A DNA stretch of 64,000 nucleotides, taken from assembly GCA_016206175.1 (NCBI GenBank), contig JACQSB010000007.1, positions 8,639 to 72,638 on the forward strand, written 5' to 3'. The position numbers were made by a program, and so were the translations under genes. The notes under the pieces are model-generated. The model was given only the letters and a program-made list of their open reading frames with translations, did no database searches and had not been told where the DNA came from. Origin of the DNA: Candidatus Uhrbacteria bacterium. Its GTDB lineage: Bacteria > Patescibacteriota > Patescibacteriia > JACQRZ01. Positions within the stretch are counted from its first letter, which is position 1; each line of letters begins with the position of its first letter. This document shows positions 29,204-37,709 of the stretch, in pieces.

Positions 29204-30994
29204 TCACTCAGAGGGAAAGAAAAGCAATGCGGCCGTTTCGGGGCTCACTCGATACTTTTCGAGACCCTGCGTGATGCGTTTGAGAATCGTTTTTTTTGCT
29301 TTTCCGGTGAGGATGCGCGGCTGATAGCGGACAGACTCATGCGGCAGAAGCACAAGCGACAATCCCTTGGCGGTAAACTCGCCAGCTACGATGAGACCTT
29401 GCTGGGTATTGGTAGAAAAATTTTGATCAAAAATGAAGTTACCGAGTGAGTATACAATGGGTTTCCCTTTATAAACTCCGACATCTTGAATAACGTGCGG
29501 GTGAGCGCCAATGACAGCATCAGCGCCGGCATCGATCCATGCACGCGCAAGCTGTTCTTGCTGCTGTGAATGCTTCAACTCATATTCTACCCCCCAGTGG
29601 GGAAATACAATTACGCGGGTGTGCGGATCTTTTTTTAACGAACGGATCACGCTTTCTGTGCCGCTCATGTCAGCAAAAGCATGCACACCGACCACCGCAA
29701 GACGCAGCCCGTCTCCTTCAAAATATGCTACATCGTTTTTCACCACACGGGACGGATCGCCGATTGGCACGATCTGTTTTTTCTTCAGAAGTTTACGGGT
29801 AGTATCCAATCCCTTCGTGCCCTGGTTCAACGTATGATTATTCGCAAGACTCACGCCGCTAAGGCGCAGATAGGCAAGCGCGTCGCGTGATTGTTTCGGG
29901 AAGTTAAACGAGAGCGATCTCAATGCGGGATCATAGGCAACCTTTCCATCACTGATTGGCCCTTCCAGATTCGCAATGGCGGCATCCACCCCCCAAAAAA
30001 CGCGATTCCCGAATTGCTCAAAAAGCTTTTTGAATCCTTTTTTTTCGTAGTGGTAGCCGACTGCGCGGCCGTACATCATATCCCCGGCAAACGCAAACGT
30101 CACCGATTGCTCGACGACTACTGCCTCGCCGGACTCATACCAGCCGAACACATGGGATGTGGATTCTTGATCAGGATCCGATACGATTGTACCGCTGTTC
30201 GTATGGTCGAATAAACTAAACCGTTGCGTGTCGTGCAGATTTGCCCACTGCGCAAGGAATGCAAGCGAATGTCCGGAATCAACCTCCGCCTTGCTGGAAA
30301 GCGATGCTATATCACGGTTTTGCAGCGCGCGGATCGAAAGACGGTCATGGAGATCAGCAAGGGCGGCGGGTTGATAATGTGAAAAATCCACGGAAGCAAC
30401 AACAAGACAGGAAGCGCACGAATCATTCAATGAAGATGCAAGCTGTTTAATGGTATCGCCTTTTGTATTATCTTTTACGATGAGAGGAACGATCGGAGAA
30501 GAAGGAAAATTTTTCTTGATATCTTTTAAGACGAGAAGTATCCCGTGTTCGCGCTCAAAACTTACCGGTTCGCTTGAAGCGATGCCTGCATCAATCAAAG
30601 AACGGATCACGGCGGAGGCAGGCATGATAGTGCCATAGGATGTATTCCATTCACGGTCAACAGTCTGGATCAATCCTGATCCGGCATTAAAATGGTTCGG
30701 GGCGATCAAAATGATTGCATTCGGTGTTGTATCGCCAAAGAAACGGTCACGGATTGTCTCAAAAAGGGTGGCGCGACGCTCGCGGACAATATCATGATGC
30801 GGAACAACAATACCGGAAACTCTTGTCTGTTGTATCGCGGAGGTTTCTGGAAATTTGGGAAGCGATTCGTGCGCCACACCGGCAGGATCCGCATTCGATG
30901 CGCGGGCAGAAAAAAATACGACCGCGCTCGCCGCTGCAAGAGCGCAGACAAAAACGATAGAAACAAAGGAAAGTCGCACCTTATCGCTGCACAT
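29204..30994 (-). CDS. Exported fusion protein: Memo-like (AmmeMemoRadiSam protein B family) N-domain plus CapA/PGA_cap metallophosphatase C-domain
   Basis: Signal anchor; Memo-like motifs (VVPHHD, IAPNHF, EREHGI, SVDFSHY); CapA motifs (FAGDMMYGR, LANNH, HWGVEYE, GAHPHV, YSLGNFIFD). Confidence 0.6.
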   Translation of the reverse strand: MCSDKVRLSFVSIVFVCALAAASAVVFFSARASNADPAGVAHESLPKFPETSAIQQTRVSGIVVPHHDIVRERRATLFETIRDRFFGDTTPNAIILIAPNHFNAGSGLIQTVDREWNTSYGTIMPASAVIRSLIDAGIASSEPVSFEREHGILLVLKDIKKNFPSSPIVPLIVKDNTKGDTIKQLASSLNDSCASCLVVASVDFSHYQPAALADLHDRLSIRALQNRDIASLSSKAEVDSGHSLAFLAQWANLHDTQRFSLFDHTNSGTIVSDPDQESTSHVFGWYESGEAVVVEQSVTFAFAGDMMYGRAVGYHYEKKGFKKLFEQFGNRVFWGVDAAIANLEGPISDGKVAYDPALRSLSFNFPKQSRDALAYLRLSGVSLANNHTLNQGTKGLDTTRKLLKKKQIVPIGDPSRVVKNDVAYFEGDGLRLAVVGVHAFADMSGTESVIRSLKKDPHTRVIVFPHWGVEYELKHSQQQEQLARAWIDAGADAVIGAHPHVIQDVGVYKGKPIVYSLGNFIFDQNFSTNTQQGLIVAGEFTAKGLSLVLLPHESVRYQPRILTGKAKKTILKRITQGLEKYRVSPETAALLFFPSE

Positions 30995-33699
30995 TATTGT
31001 TCGACAAATCGCTTTCCTTTTTCTATCCGAAACGCGCCGCCGACATCAAGGATAATCGTATCTTTCCGGTCGATTTTTTCTTGTAAAAAGATTTTTGCTA
31101 AGACATCTTCCACCCGCTGCTGTATCACGCGGCGCATCGGCCTGGCGCCAAATTGCGGATCATACCCCTCGCGGGCAAGTTCGCGCAACGCGCCTTCGGT
31201 AAGGGAAAATGCTATCCCCTTTTCTTGCATTTGCCGCTGCACGCGGCCGATCATGAGGCGCGCGATTTTGGTAATGTGCTCTTCGGAAAGCGAACCGAAT
31301 AGAATGACGCCGTCAAACCGATTGAGAAACTCGGGAGAAAAATTGTTGCGTAATTCGCGTTCCAATAATTCTTTCTTGATGGTTTCTGCATCACTGCCGG
31401 CACGCACGGAGTTCTGGATGAATTGGCTGCCCGCATTGGAAGTAGCGATGATGATGGCGTTCGTGTAATCAATCACTTCTCCGGTGTTGTCCGTGATACG
31501 GCCGTCTTCAAAAATCTGCAAAAATAGATTCAACACATCGCGGTCTGCCTTTTCTAACTCATCGAGCAACAGAAGAGAGAACGGGTTTTTCCGCACCGGC
31601 TCTGTTAATGCACCGCCTCGCACCGATGATCCCGTCATGCCGATAAGGCGCTCGATTGCTGATACACCTTGGTATTCAGACATATCGAGGCGCACCATGG
31701 TGTTCGCGGAACCGAAATACACTTCAGCAAGAGTCTTGGCTAGCTCTGTTTTGCCTACACCGGTAGGTCCGAGAAACAAGAACACCGAAATAGGGCGTTT
31801 CTTCTCCCGCAGATCGACGCGCGCGCGGCGCAATGCGTTTGCAACGGCTGATACCGCTGCCTCCTGATTGATCATGCGCTCATGGATCTTGTCTTCGAGA
31901 TGCAATAATACATCGCGTTCGGTTGACTCTACCTCGCCCACTTTCGTATGGGTGATTTTTTCTACGGCGCGGGCAACTTCGGCAGGCGTGATGCGGGCGT
32001 ACTTTTTCTTGCCATGCGGAGCAAACGCAAGTGCAACTTGTTCAGCGACATCGATTGACTTTGCGGGATTGTATTTTTCGTGCACATACCGCGTTGCAAG
32101 CCGAACGACTGATGCAATGGCGTCATAGGTAAAATACACCTTATAGCGATGCTCTAACGATGGAACGTGCGATTCAAGAATCTGGATCGTTTGGTTCTCA
32201 TCGGATTCTTCCACGGTCGTTTGCGCAAAGAGCGAAATCAAGGGATGGCTTTCAAGATAGGAATGAAATGCGGATGGCGTGGTCGTCGCTATCACAAGCA
32301 AACCGGTGCGCTCGATCGTTTCAGCAAGCACTTCCGTAAGGTCATACGGGGTGAGACCGCGCTGCGCGGTAAAGTCATGCACGTTGTGGATGACCAATAC
32401 AATATTGCCGCTCTCGAGCAGTTCATCAAGGAGCGCTTGGAACGCGGCGAGCGGATTCGGCGTTGCCGCCAGATGCCCTGCAGAGATACTCACCAACCGA
32501 TGGTCTTTCAGACGGTCGGGCACCTGCTCGCTTACCATAGCATACGCGATACCGCTGATGAGAGCGGATTTTCCGGTGCCTTCTTGCCCGATGAGAAGAA
32601 TATTTTTTGACGTTGCGCTGATGCTTGTGAGTAAGTCACGAAGCTGTTCGTCTACACCGATGGGCAATCGCAAGTTGCCAACGCTTGCCGCGCGCGTCAG
32701 ATCAGAGCTAAACCGATTCGTGAGCGGAGTCGCGCGCGACGTCATCGCACGATTGATATCGCCAGACGGGCGGAGCACGGCAGTGCGGAATATCTCTGCT
32801 CGCTTCTGCCGCGCGGCGCGGTCCTGATTGAACCATGCGATGATATTTTCGACTGTCTTTCCGGTGATGCCAAGCTCTTCAAGCACGGCTTGCGCGCGCG
32901 TCTCATGGTCGATTGTCGCAGAAAAAAGATCAATGTCGTCTACAAAATACTTCTGTGCTGCTTGCGCATGGCGGTATGCGCGAATCAACAACGAATAAAA
33001 ATCATCGGTGGGCAACGGTTGCGCTGTGCGATCAGCAGGAACGGTGCCAAGTGCGGCATGGATTGCTTTTTTTAATTTAGCAGTGTCAACAGCAAGACGA
33101 AATGCAATGTGCTGGATACTTGGCCGCTGGAGCAATGCAACAAACAAATGCAATGGCACAAGCTGGTGATGATGGAGCCGTGCCGCCACAGAAAGGGATT
33201 CTCCGAGGCTTGTAAGTGCCTCCGACGTGAACACGGGGGTGATATCAATGATGTGCTGACGCTTGCCAGTCTGAAACTGCTCTTCGCTCTCGCGGGAAAA
33301 CACACGATCTTTTTGGCGTTTCTCGCGACTCAAACGAGAAAATAACCACGCATCGGTAAGGAGGGATACAAGAAATACCTGAAATGACCAATGCGTCGGA
33401 AGACGAATAAGCGTGTCGGGTGCTGCGCTCCCAAATGCAACTGGCAGTGCATGGAATACAAGCGCTCCCGCAAATGCAACAGCGCCAAAAAGAAAAAGTG
33501 CAACAGGAAAACCTTTATGCAAGGCATGCTTGGCAGCGATCGTGTCAAACATTTCCCGTGTAAAAGGATGGCGCCACAGAAAGGTAAGCGACCCTTCCGT
33601 AAAAAGCACGGCTGCGCCAGAGCAGTGGCGACATGTGCTGCTCGATTTTGGCATACACCGATCGCACGGAACTACGGTTGGCAATGGGCGTGCAGGCAT
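30994..33699 (-). CDS. Clp/Hsp100-family double AAA+ ATPase (ClpC-like) with N-terminal Zn-ribbon motif and two predicted TM helices
   Basis: CxxC-x8-CxxC; hydrophobic helices GFPVALFLFGAVAFAGALVFHALPVAF and WSFQVFLVSLLTDAWLF; two Clp_N repeats. D1 Walker A GQEGTGKS with degenerate Walker B (VLVIHNVHDF). D2 GPTGVGKT, LLLDELEKA, sensor-2 GARPMRR. Start taken at ATG 33699. Confidence 0.75.
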   Translation of the reverse strand: MPARPLPTVVPCDRCMPKSSSTCRHCSGAAVLFTEGSLTFLWRHPFTREMFDTIAAKHALHKGFPVALFLFGAVAFAGALVFHALPVAFGSAAPDTLIRLPTHWSFQVFLVSLLTDAWLFSRLSREKRQKDRVFSRESEEQFQTGKRQHIIDITPVFTSEALTSLGESLSVAARLHHHQLVPLHLFVALLQRPSIQHIAFRLAVDTAKLKKAIHAALGTVPADRTAQPLPTDDFYSLLIRAYRHAQAAQKYFVDDIDLFSATIDHETRAQAVLEELGITGKTVENIIAWFNQDRAARQKRAEIFRTAVLRPSGDINRAMTSRATPLTNRFSSDLTRAASVGNLRLPIGVDEQLRDLLTSISATSKNILLIGQEGTGKSALISGIAYAMVSEQVPDRLKDHRLVSISAGHLAATPNPLAAFQALLDELLESGNIVLVIHNVHDFTAQRGLTPYDLTEVLAETIERTGLLVIATTTPSAFHSYLESHPLISLFAQTTVEESDENQTIQILESHVPSLEHRYKVYFTYDAIASVVRLATRYVHEKYNPAKSIDVAEQVALAFAPHGKKKYARITPAEVARAVEKITHTKVGEVESTERDVLLHLEDKIHERMINQEAAVSAVANALRRARVDLREKKRPISVFLFLGPTGVGKTELAKTLAEVYFGSANTMVRLDMSEYQGVSAIERLIGMTGSSVRGGALTEPVRKNPFSLLLLDELEKADRDVLNLFLQIFEDGRITDNTGEVIDYTNAIIIATSNAGSQFIQNSVRAGSDAETIKKELLERELRNNFSPEFLNRFDGVILFGSLSEEHITKIARLMIGRVQRQMQEKGIAFSLTEGALRELAREGYDPQFGARPMRRVIQQRVEDVLAKIFLQEKIDRKDTIILDVGGAFRIEKGKRFVEQ

Positions 33700-33704
33700 A
33701 TATG

Positions 33705-34064
33705 CTATATGGATAAACGCACCGTCACAAAAAGCCAGATAACGGCAGGTAGAAATGCGAGCCACGCTAATAGAAGCACAAATAAAATCAGTAACCAAGC
33801 AAGCAGTGCGATGCATTTGCCAATCAGCACAAAAAATCGCATCACGACGCTAATAATCCGTTCCTGCCATGTCGTAACGCCGTACATCGGCTTGAAAAAA
33901 TTTTTCACCCAAATCCCGATGCCGAGCACAGCGATGGCATACCTCACTTTGCTCCACAAATAAAGGATGCATTGAATCAACCCCGACGTATACCACCAAA
34001 CGGGAAAATAGAGAGCATCAAGGACGATATCAATGAGGATAAAACGAAACAGAGCTGCCGCCAT
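33705..34064 (-). CDS. Small polytopic membrane protein (119 aa), hypothetical
   Basis: Three or four hydrophobic helices. Its stop is 5 nt upstream of the ClpC-like start. Confidence 0.5.
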   Translation of the reverse strand: MAAALFRFILIDIVLDALYFPVWWYTSGLIQCILYLWSKVRYAIAVLGIGIWVKNFFKPMYGVTTWQERIISVVMRFFVLIGKCIALLAWLLILFVLLLAWLAFLPAVIWLFVTVRLSI

Positions 34065-34243
34065 AGAAATGTGATAGCACTACTATTGTAGCATGTTCCT
34101 CTGCCGACAGCTAGGACGGTAGAAGGCGCTGTATTGCTTGAATTTGGGGATCAGACGACGCCTGTAACCCCGCCATGTCATCTGGGAACAACCTCCTGAC
34201 CTTTTTCTTGTTCGTCGTATTGATCCATAGAAATGGGTTATTA

Positions 34244-35008
34244 CTACCTTAGCTTGCGGGTAAAGTCGTATTCACCCTCGACTCTTTCAAATGCGCCCTT
34301 GCAATAGTGATACACAAGAGGGTGCCCAAAAGGAAGGTCGACAAACGAAATGTCGTCGTCTCGTATTTTGTCCATGAATTTGATAAGAGCACGCAGAGCA
34401 TTGCCATGTCCCACCATCAGAAGCGTTTCAGACCGTTGCAGGCGCGGCACTATCATCTTTTGAAAATACGGCATCACTCTTTTGTATACATCGCGCAAAC
34501 TTTCTCCACGCGGAGGACAGTCCATATATCCCCTTCTCCACTTGAATACCTGATCGTCGCCATATTTTTTTACGGCAGCTGATTTGTCCATTCCCTGCAG
34601 ATCCCCATAAGCTCGTTCATTGAGTGCGCGGCTGGTAAATACGGGGATCGTGATTGGCTCCAGTAGTGATTGTGCATGCATAGAAATGTCGTACTGCTTC
34701 ATGCTTTCATGCTGGAATACACCAGTCTTTTTCTGATACGAAAGCGCGATAAGAAGCGTTTCATGCGCACGCTCGAGATGCGATGTGAATACGGCATCAT
34801 AGGAAAACTGTTTGCAATGTCTGGCAGCTGCATGGGCTTCCTCTATTCCCTTTACGGTAAGGGGGACATCGAGCCAGCCGGTAAACACATTCAATTCATT
34901 AAATCGCGACTCGCCGTGTCGCAGTAATACGAGTGCACCTGTGTTCTTTTTTTGTTTCCTGCGTGCGGGATTCATGGAAAAAGATGTTATGCGCCGATTC
35001 CAGTCCAT
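34244..35008 (-). CDS. gpmA: 2,3-bisphosphoglycerate-dependent phosphoglycerate mutase
   Basis: Catalytic LRHGES and dPGM core (FTGW...TSHLERA). The start may be the internal ATG at 34975. Confidence 0.85.
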   Translation of the reverse strand: MDWNRRITSFSMNPARRKQKKNTGALVLLRHGESRFNELNVFTGWLDVPLTVKGIEEAHAAARHCKQFSYDAVFTSHLERAHETLLIALSYQKKTGVFQHESMKQYDISMHAQSLLEPITIPVFTSRALNERAYGDLQGMDKSAAVKKYGDDQVFKWRRGYMDCPPRGESLRDVYKRVMPYFQKMIVPRLQRSETLLMVGHGNALRALIKFMDKIRDDDISFVDLPFGHPLVYHYCKGAFERVEGEYDFTRKLR

Positions 35009-35260
35009 TCAACGGTGTTTGCAGCCAGGCCAACAGCAAGGCCGCCGTTTTCCGCCGATAAGATCCGTGCGCACCCTCTCGATTCGGCGGCTCCTTGTCG
35101 CTTCTTGCTTAGCGTTTTTAACCCAGCAGATCCACTCATTGCGAGCAAGAGGCGTAATATTTTCCCATACCTCTCTTGCCACAGAGTCAGAAGTAAGCGC
35201 TCTTCGTAAATCCGTTGGCACTCTATGTACTACACCGGTGGAGATATCTTTTTTGGCCAT
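35009..35260 (-). CDS. YdeI/OmpD-associated (OmdA) family protein
   Basis: OmdA-like pattern DLRRALTSDSVAREVWENITPLARNEWICWVKNAKQEATRSRRIERV. Confidence 0.6.
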   Translation of the reverse strand: MAKKDISTGVVHRVPTDLRRALTSDSVAREVWENITPLARNEWICWVKNAKQEATRSRRIERVRTDLIGGKRRPCCWPGCKHR

Positions 35261-35374
35261 GTCTAAGGCTATTTTTATAATAACTCTTGTTCAATATTGA
35301 TTTCCCCGTGCAAGTTTTCGAGCATCTTTGCCTTTATTTGCTCATAGTTCATAATAATAAGCACTACGTGTTTT

Positions 35375-35845
35375 TTAATTAAAATGGACTGCTTGCTGTA
35401 TCGCTGTTTTCAGTTTCTCCGGTTGATCGGTCCCTATACGATAGATAGTTCCATTTTTCATAATTATTTCAACTGCGTCAAAGCCGGAGACATTATAAAT
35501 CCACATATACGGCCAAAACCACACTCTAATTCCCCAGCCGTAGTACCAATGATTTTTCACGATTTTAGCTGAAATAATTTCGTTAAGAGAAAATTTTTTT
35601 CTAAAAATGCCGTAGCCGAATTTAATTCTTAGATTGTTTTCATCAATAGACGCTGTCAGCGATGCAAACGATCCAAAAATAAGCACAATGAAAACCATTA
35701 CGGCAGTAACGGCAAAATTTGTACCGGAGTAGTACGAGTGAGGTTCTGCCCGAGCCGTAATATAAGTCCATGTGAAAAGTGCAATTACAACCAGCGCGAC
35801 AACCAGTATCAAGTAACTAATTTGAGTGTGCCTGTATGCAATCAT
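35375..35845 (-). CDS. Membrane protein, hypothetical (AT-rich gene next to tRNA-Ser)
   Basis: Two N-terminal TM helices and a Trp/Tyr-rich C-terminal domain. Local GC is visibly lower than in the flanking genes. Confidence 0.5.
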   Translation of the reverse strand: MIAYRHTQISYLILVVALVVIALFTWTYITARAEPHSYYSGTNFAVTAVMVFIVLIFGSFASLTASIDENNLRIKFGYGIFRKKFSLNEIISAKIVKNHWYYGWGIRVWFWPYMWIYNVSGFDAVEIIMKNGTIYRIGTDQPEKLKTAIQQAVHFN

Positions 35846-35889
35846 AATTTTTCTGTGGTGTTCTGCCTTCCAATTCCGATTTTCAATTT

Positions 35890-35979
35890 TGGCGGAGAGG
35901 GAGGGATTCGAACCCTCGAGGACATTGCTGCCCTAACGGTTTTCAAGACCGTTTGTTTCAACCACTCACACACCTCTCC
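35890..35979 (-). tRNA. tRNA-Ser (anticodon UGA), type II, CCA encoded
   Basis: GGAGAGG acceptor stem, anticodon loop CTTGAAA, long variable arm, T-arm GAGGGTTCGAATCCCTC, 3' GCCA. Confidence 0.85.
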
Positions 35980-36074
35980 ATACTCGGTTTGCGCCTCGTT
36001 TCAAAAAATGATCATGAGTGGTTGCCGGGGCTCTTTTTTAGAGCCCGCTGAATACTCGCTCGCTTGTATTCAGC

Positions 36075-36100
36075 CCACTCACACACCTCTCCATACTCGG
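36075..36100. repeat. 26-nt exact duplicate of the tRNA-Ser(UGA) 5' end plus 8-nt upstream flank (pseudo-tRNA fragment)
   Basis: ccactcacacacctctccatactcgg occurs at 35962-35987 (within the tRNA) and again at 36075-36100. Two hairpins lie between the copies. Confidence 0.7.
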
Positions 36101-36115
36101 CTCAACAATGGTATC

Positions 36116-36727
36116 CTAAAACACTTTCTCCTGTTTGCCAAGAATGGGAGTCGGCTTCAATACCACGATATCGAGCCATGCTTTCAGCGATGCCGCGATA
36201 TCACGCAGATATGCTTCAATAAAATTTGCATAGCGTGACCGATCTGCTGCTATGCCGATGGAAGCGACTCCTAAATTGCGGCACAAATAAATCGCGCGTA
36301 CGAGATGGTATCTCTGTGTCACGAGAATTGCCGCTTGTTGGCCAAAGATTTCTTTGAGGCGATAACAGCTATCGTACGTCCGCCGACCTGCATAATCAGC
36401 TACGACATTCTCGGGTGGCACTCCCCGTTCAACTAAGTACTCCTTCATCACTGCCGGTTCATTGTAGTATTCCTCCCTATTATCTCCAGAAACAATAAGT
36501 TTTTTCACCTTGCCTGTCTCATAGAGCTGTCGGGCGGTATCGAGCCTGTCAGTAAGTATCGTGCTTGGCGTGCCGTTACGGATGCTTGCGCCTAATACTA
36601 ATGCTATCGGCTGCTGTGGAATCGCAGCTATCGAGGGGTAGATATACGCATCTTGTGTCATGCGCACCATACTAATCGCATAAACACTTATGCCGATAAG
36701 AAAAAGAATAATGATTCGAGCAGTCAT
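36116..36727 (-). CDS. SanA/YdcF-family (DUF218) membrane-anchored protein
   Basis: DUF218 pattern LVLGASIRNGTPS...LYETGKVKKLIVSGDN...YNEP...RRTYDS...VTQRYHLVRA. Confidence 0.7.
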   Translation of the reverse strand: MTARIIILFLIGISVYAISMVRMTQDAYIYPSIAAIPQQPIALVLGASIRNGTPSTILTDRLDTARQLYETGKVKKLIVSGDNREEYYNEPAVMKEYLVERGVPPENVVADYAGRRTYDSCYRLKEIFGQQAAILVTQRYHLVRAIYLCRNLGVASIGIAADRSRYANFIEAYLRDIAASLKAWLDIVVLKPTPILGKQEKVF

Positions 36728-36797
36728 GGAAGATAGATCCTTACAAGAAGGGCTCTGACTGAAATCAGAGCCCTTGATCCATTCTTACGAGTACTTC

Positions 36798-37643
36798 TTA
36801 CTGCAGCAACTTATCAATAGAAGCCTTGAGTACTTCTGCCGGTACAGCTCCTCCGATCGGCGTGCTACGGCCGTCCTTTGAAATAATAAATCCGCCGGGA
36901 GTGCCTTCGATGCCTGCGGCTTGGCCTTCCGTGAAGTTTTTATTTACTTTCTCCGTATATTTGCCGCTGTCGAGACATTCCTGGAATTTCTTTTCATCCA
37001 TACCAAGCTCCTTTGCGAGCGGCGCAAGCTTATCGAGGGCAAATCCAGTGCCATTCGATGTTGTGCGCTTAAAAAGCGCATCAATATATTTCCAAAATGC
37101 ATCATTCCCACCGATTCCTGCAGCACATTCGCTTGCTTCTGCCTCTTTTTGTGCGTTGGCATGGAAGCCTAACGGAAAGTGCCGGTAGACCCAATTCACC
37201 TTGCCGTTGTATGCTTTAACCACTTCTTCCACCGTAGGATGGAAACGCTGACAGAATGGACACTCCAAGTCAGAGTATTCTACAATCGTGATAGCCGCAT
37301 CTTTATTGCCAAATACATGATCCTCTGCTGATACCGGCTTCAGACCGGATGGCACAGGACCAACTGCATCTCCTGATGGCGATGGCTGGCCAGCGCCCGG
37401 CAGCTGACCGGAAAGGCTCTCAAGCTGTTCTTGCGTTAAGGCCTTGCCGCTATTCCCTAAAACCTTTGTCCCGAATATGGCAGTAGGAATTGCCATAACC
37501 AGTACTCCAAGCAAAAACCCTCCCAAAAAAAGCTTCCCGGGCGTAAGAGAAAAAGAGAGAGAAACTTCTGCGGGCTTGGCGCTTGCCGACCCGTGGGAGG
37601 TTTCGTGTCCTGGATGGTGACTACCTTCGTGTTCGTGCGACAT
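36798..37643 (-). CDS. DsbA-family thiol:disulfide oxidoreductase with His-rich N-terminus, membrane-anchored
   Basis: Thioredoxin fold with CPFC active site; N-terminal MSHEHEGSHHPGHETSHGS followed by a TM helix. Confidence 0.75.
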   Translation of the reverse strand: MSHEHEGSHHPGHETSHGSASAKPAEVSLSFSLTPGKLFLGGFLLGVLVMAIPTAIFGTKVLGNSGKALTQEQLESLSGQLPGAGQPSPSGDAVGPVPSGLKPVSAEDHVFGNKDAAITIVEYSDLECPFCQRFHPTVEEVVKAYNGKVNWVYRHFPLGFHANAQKEAEASECAAGIGGNDAFWKYIDALFKRTTSNGTGFALDKLAPLAKELGMDEKKFQECLDSGKYTEKVNKNFTEGQAAGIEGTPGGFIISKDGRSTPIGGAVPAEVLKASIDKLLQ

Positions 37644-37709
37644 AATGAATTGATTAGTAAATTATCGTATCCTGCTTCGGACGTCATTATAAACCTACGA
37701 AAAATAAAA

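Noticed and set aside
35890-36100. Integrase-mediated att site at tRNA-Ser
   Set aside because: The duplicated segment is the tRNA 5' end rather than the 3' end, and no integrase, recombinase or transposase gene is nearby.
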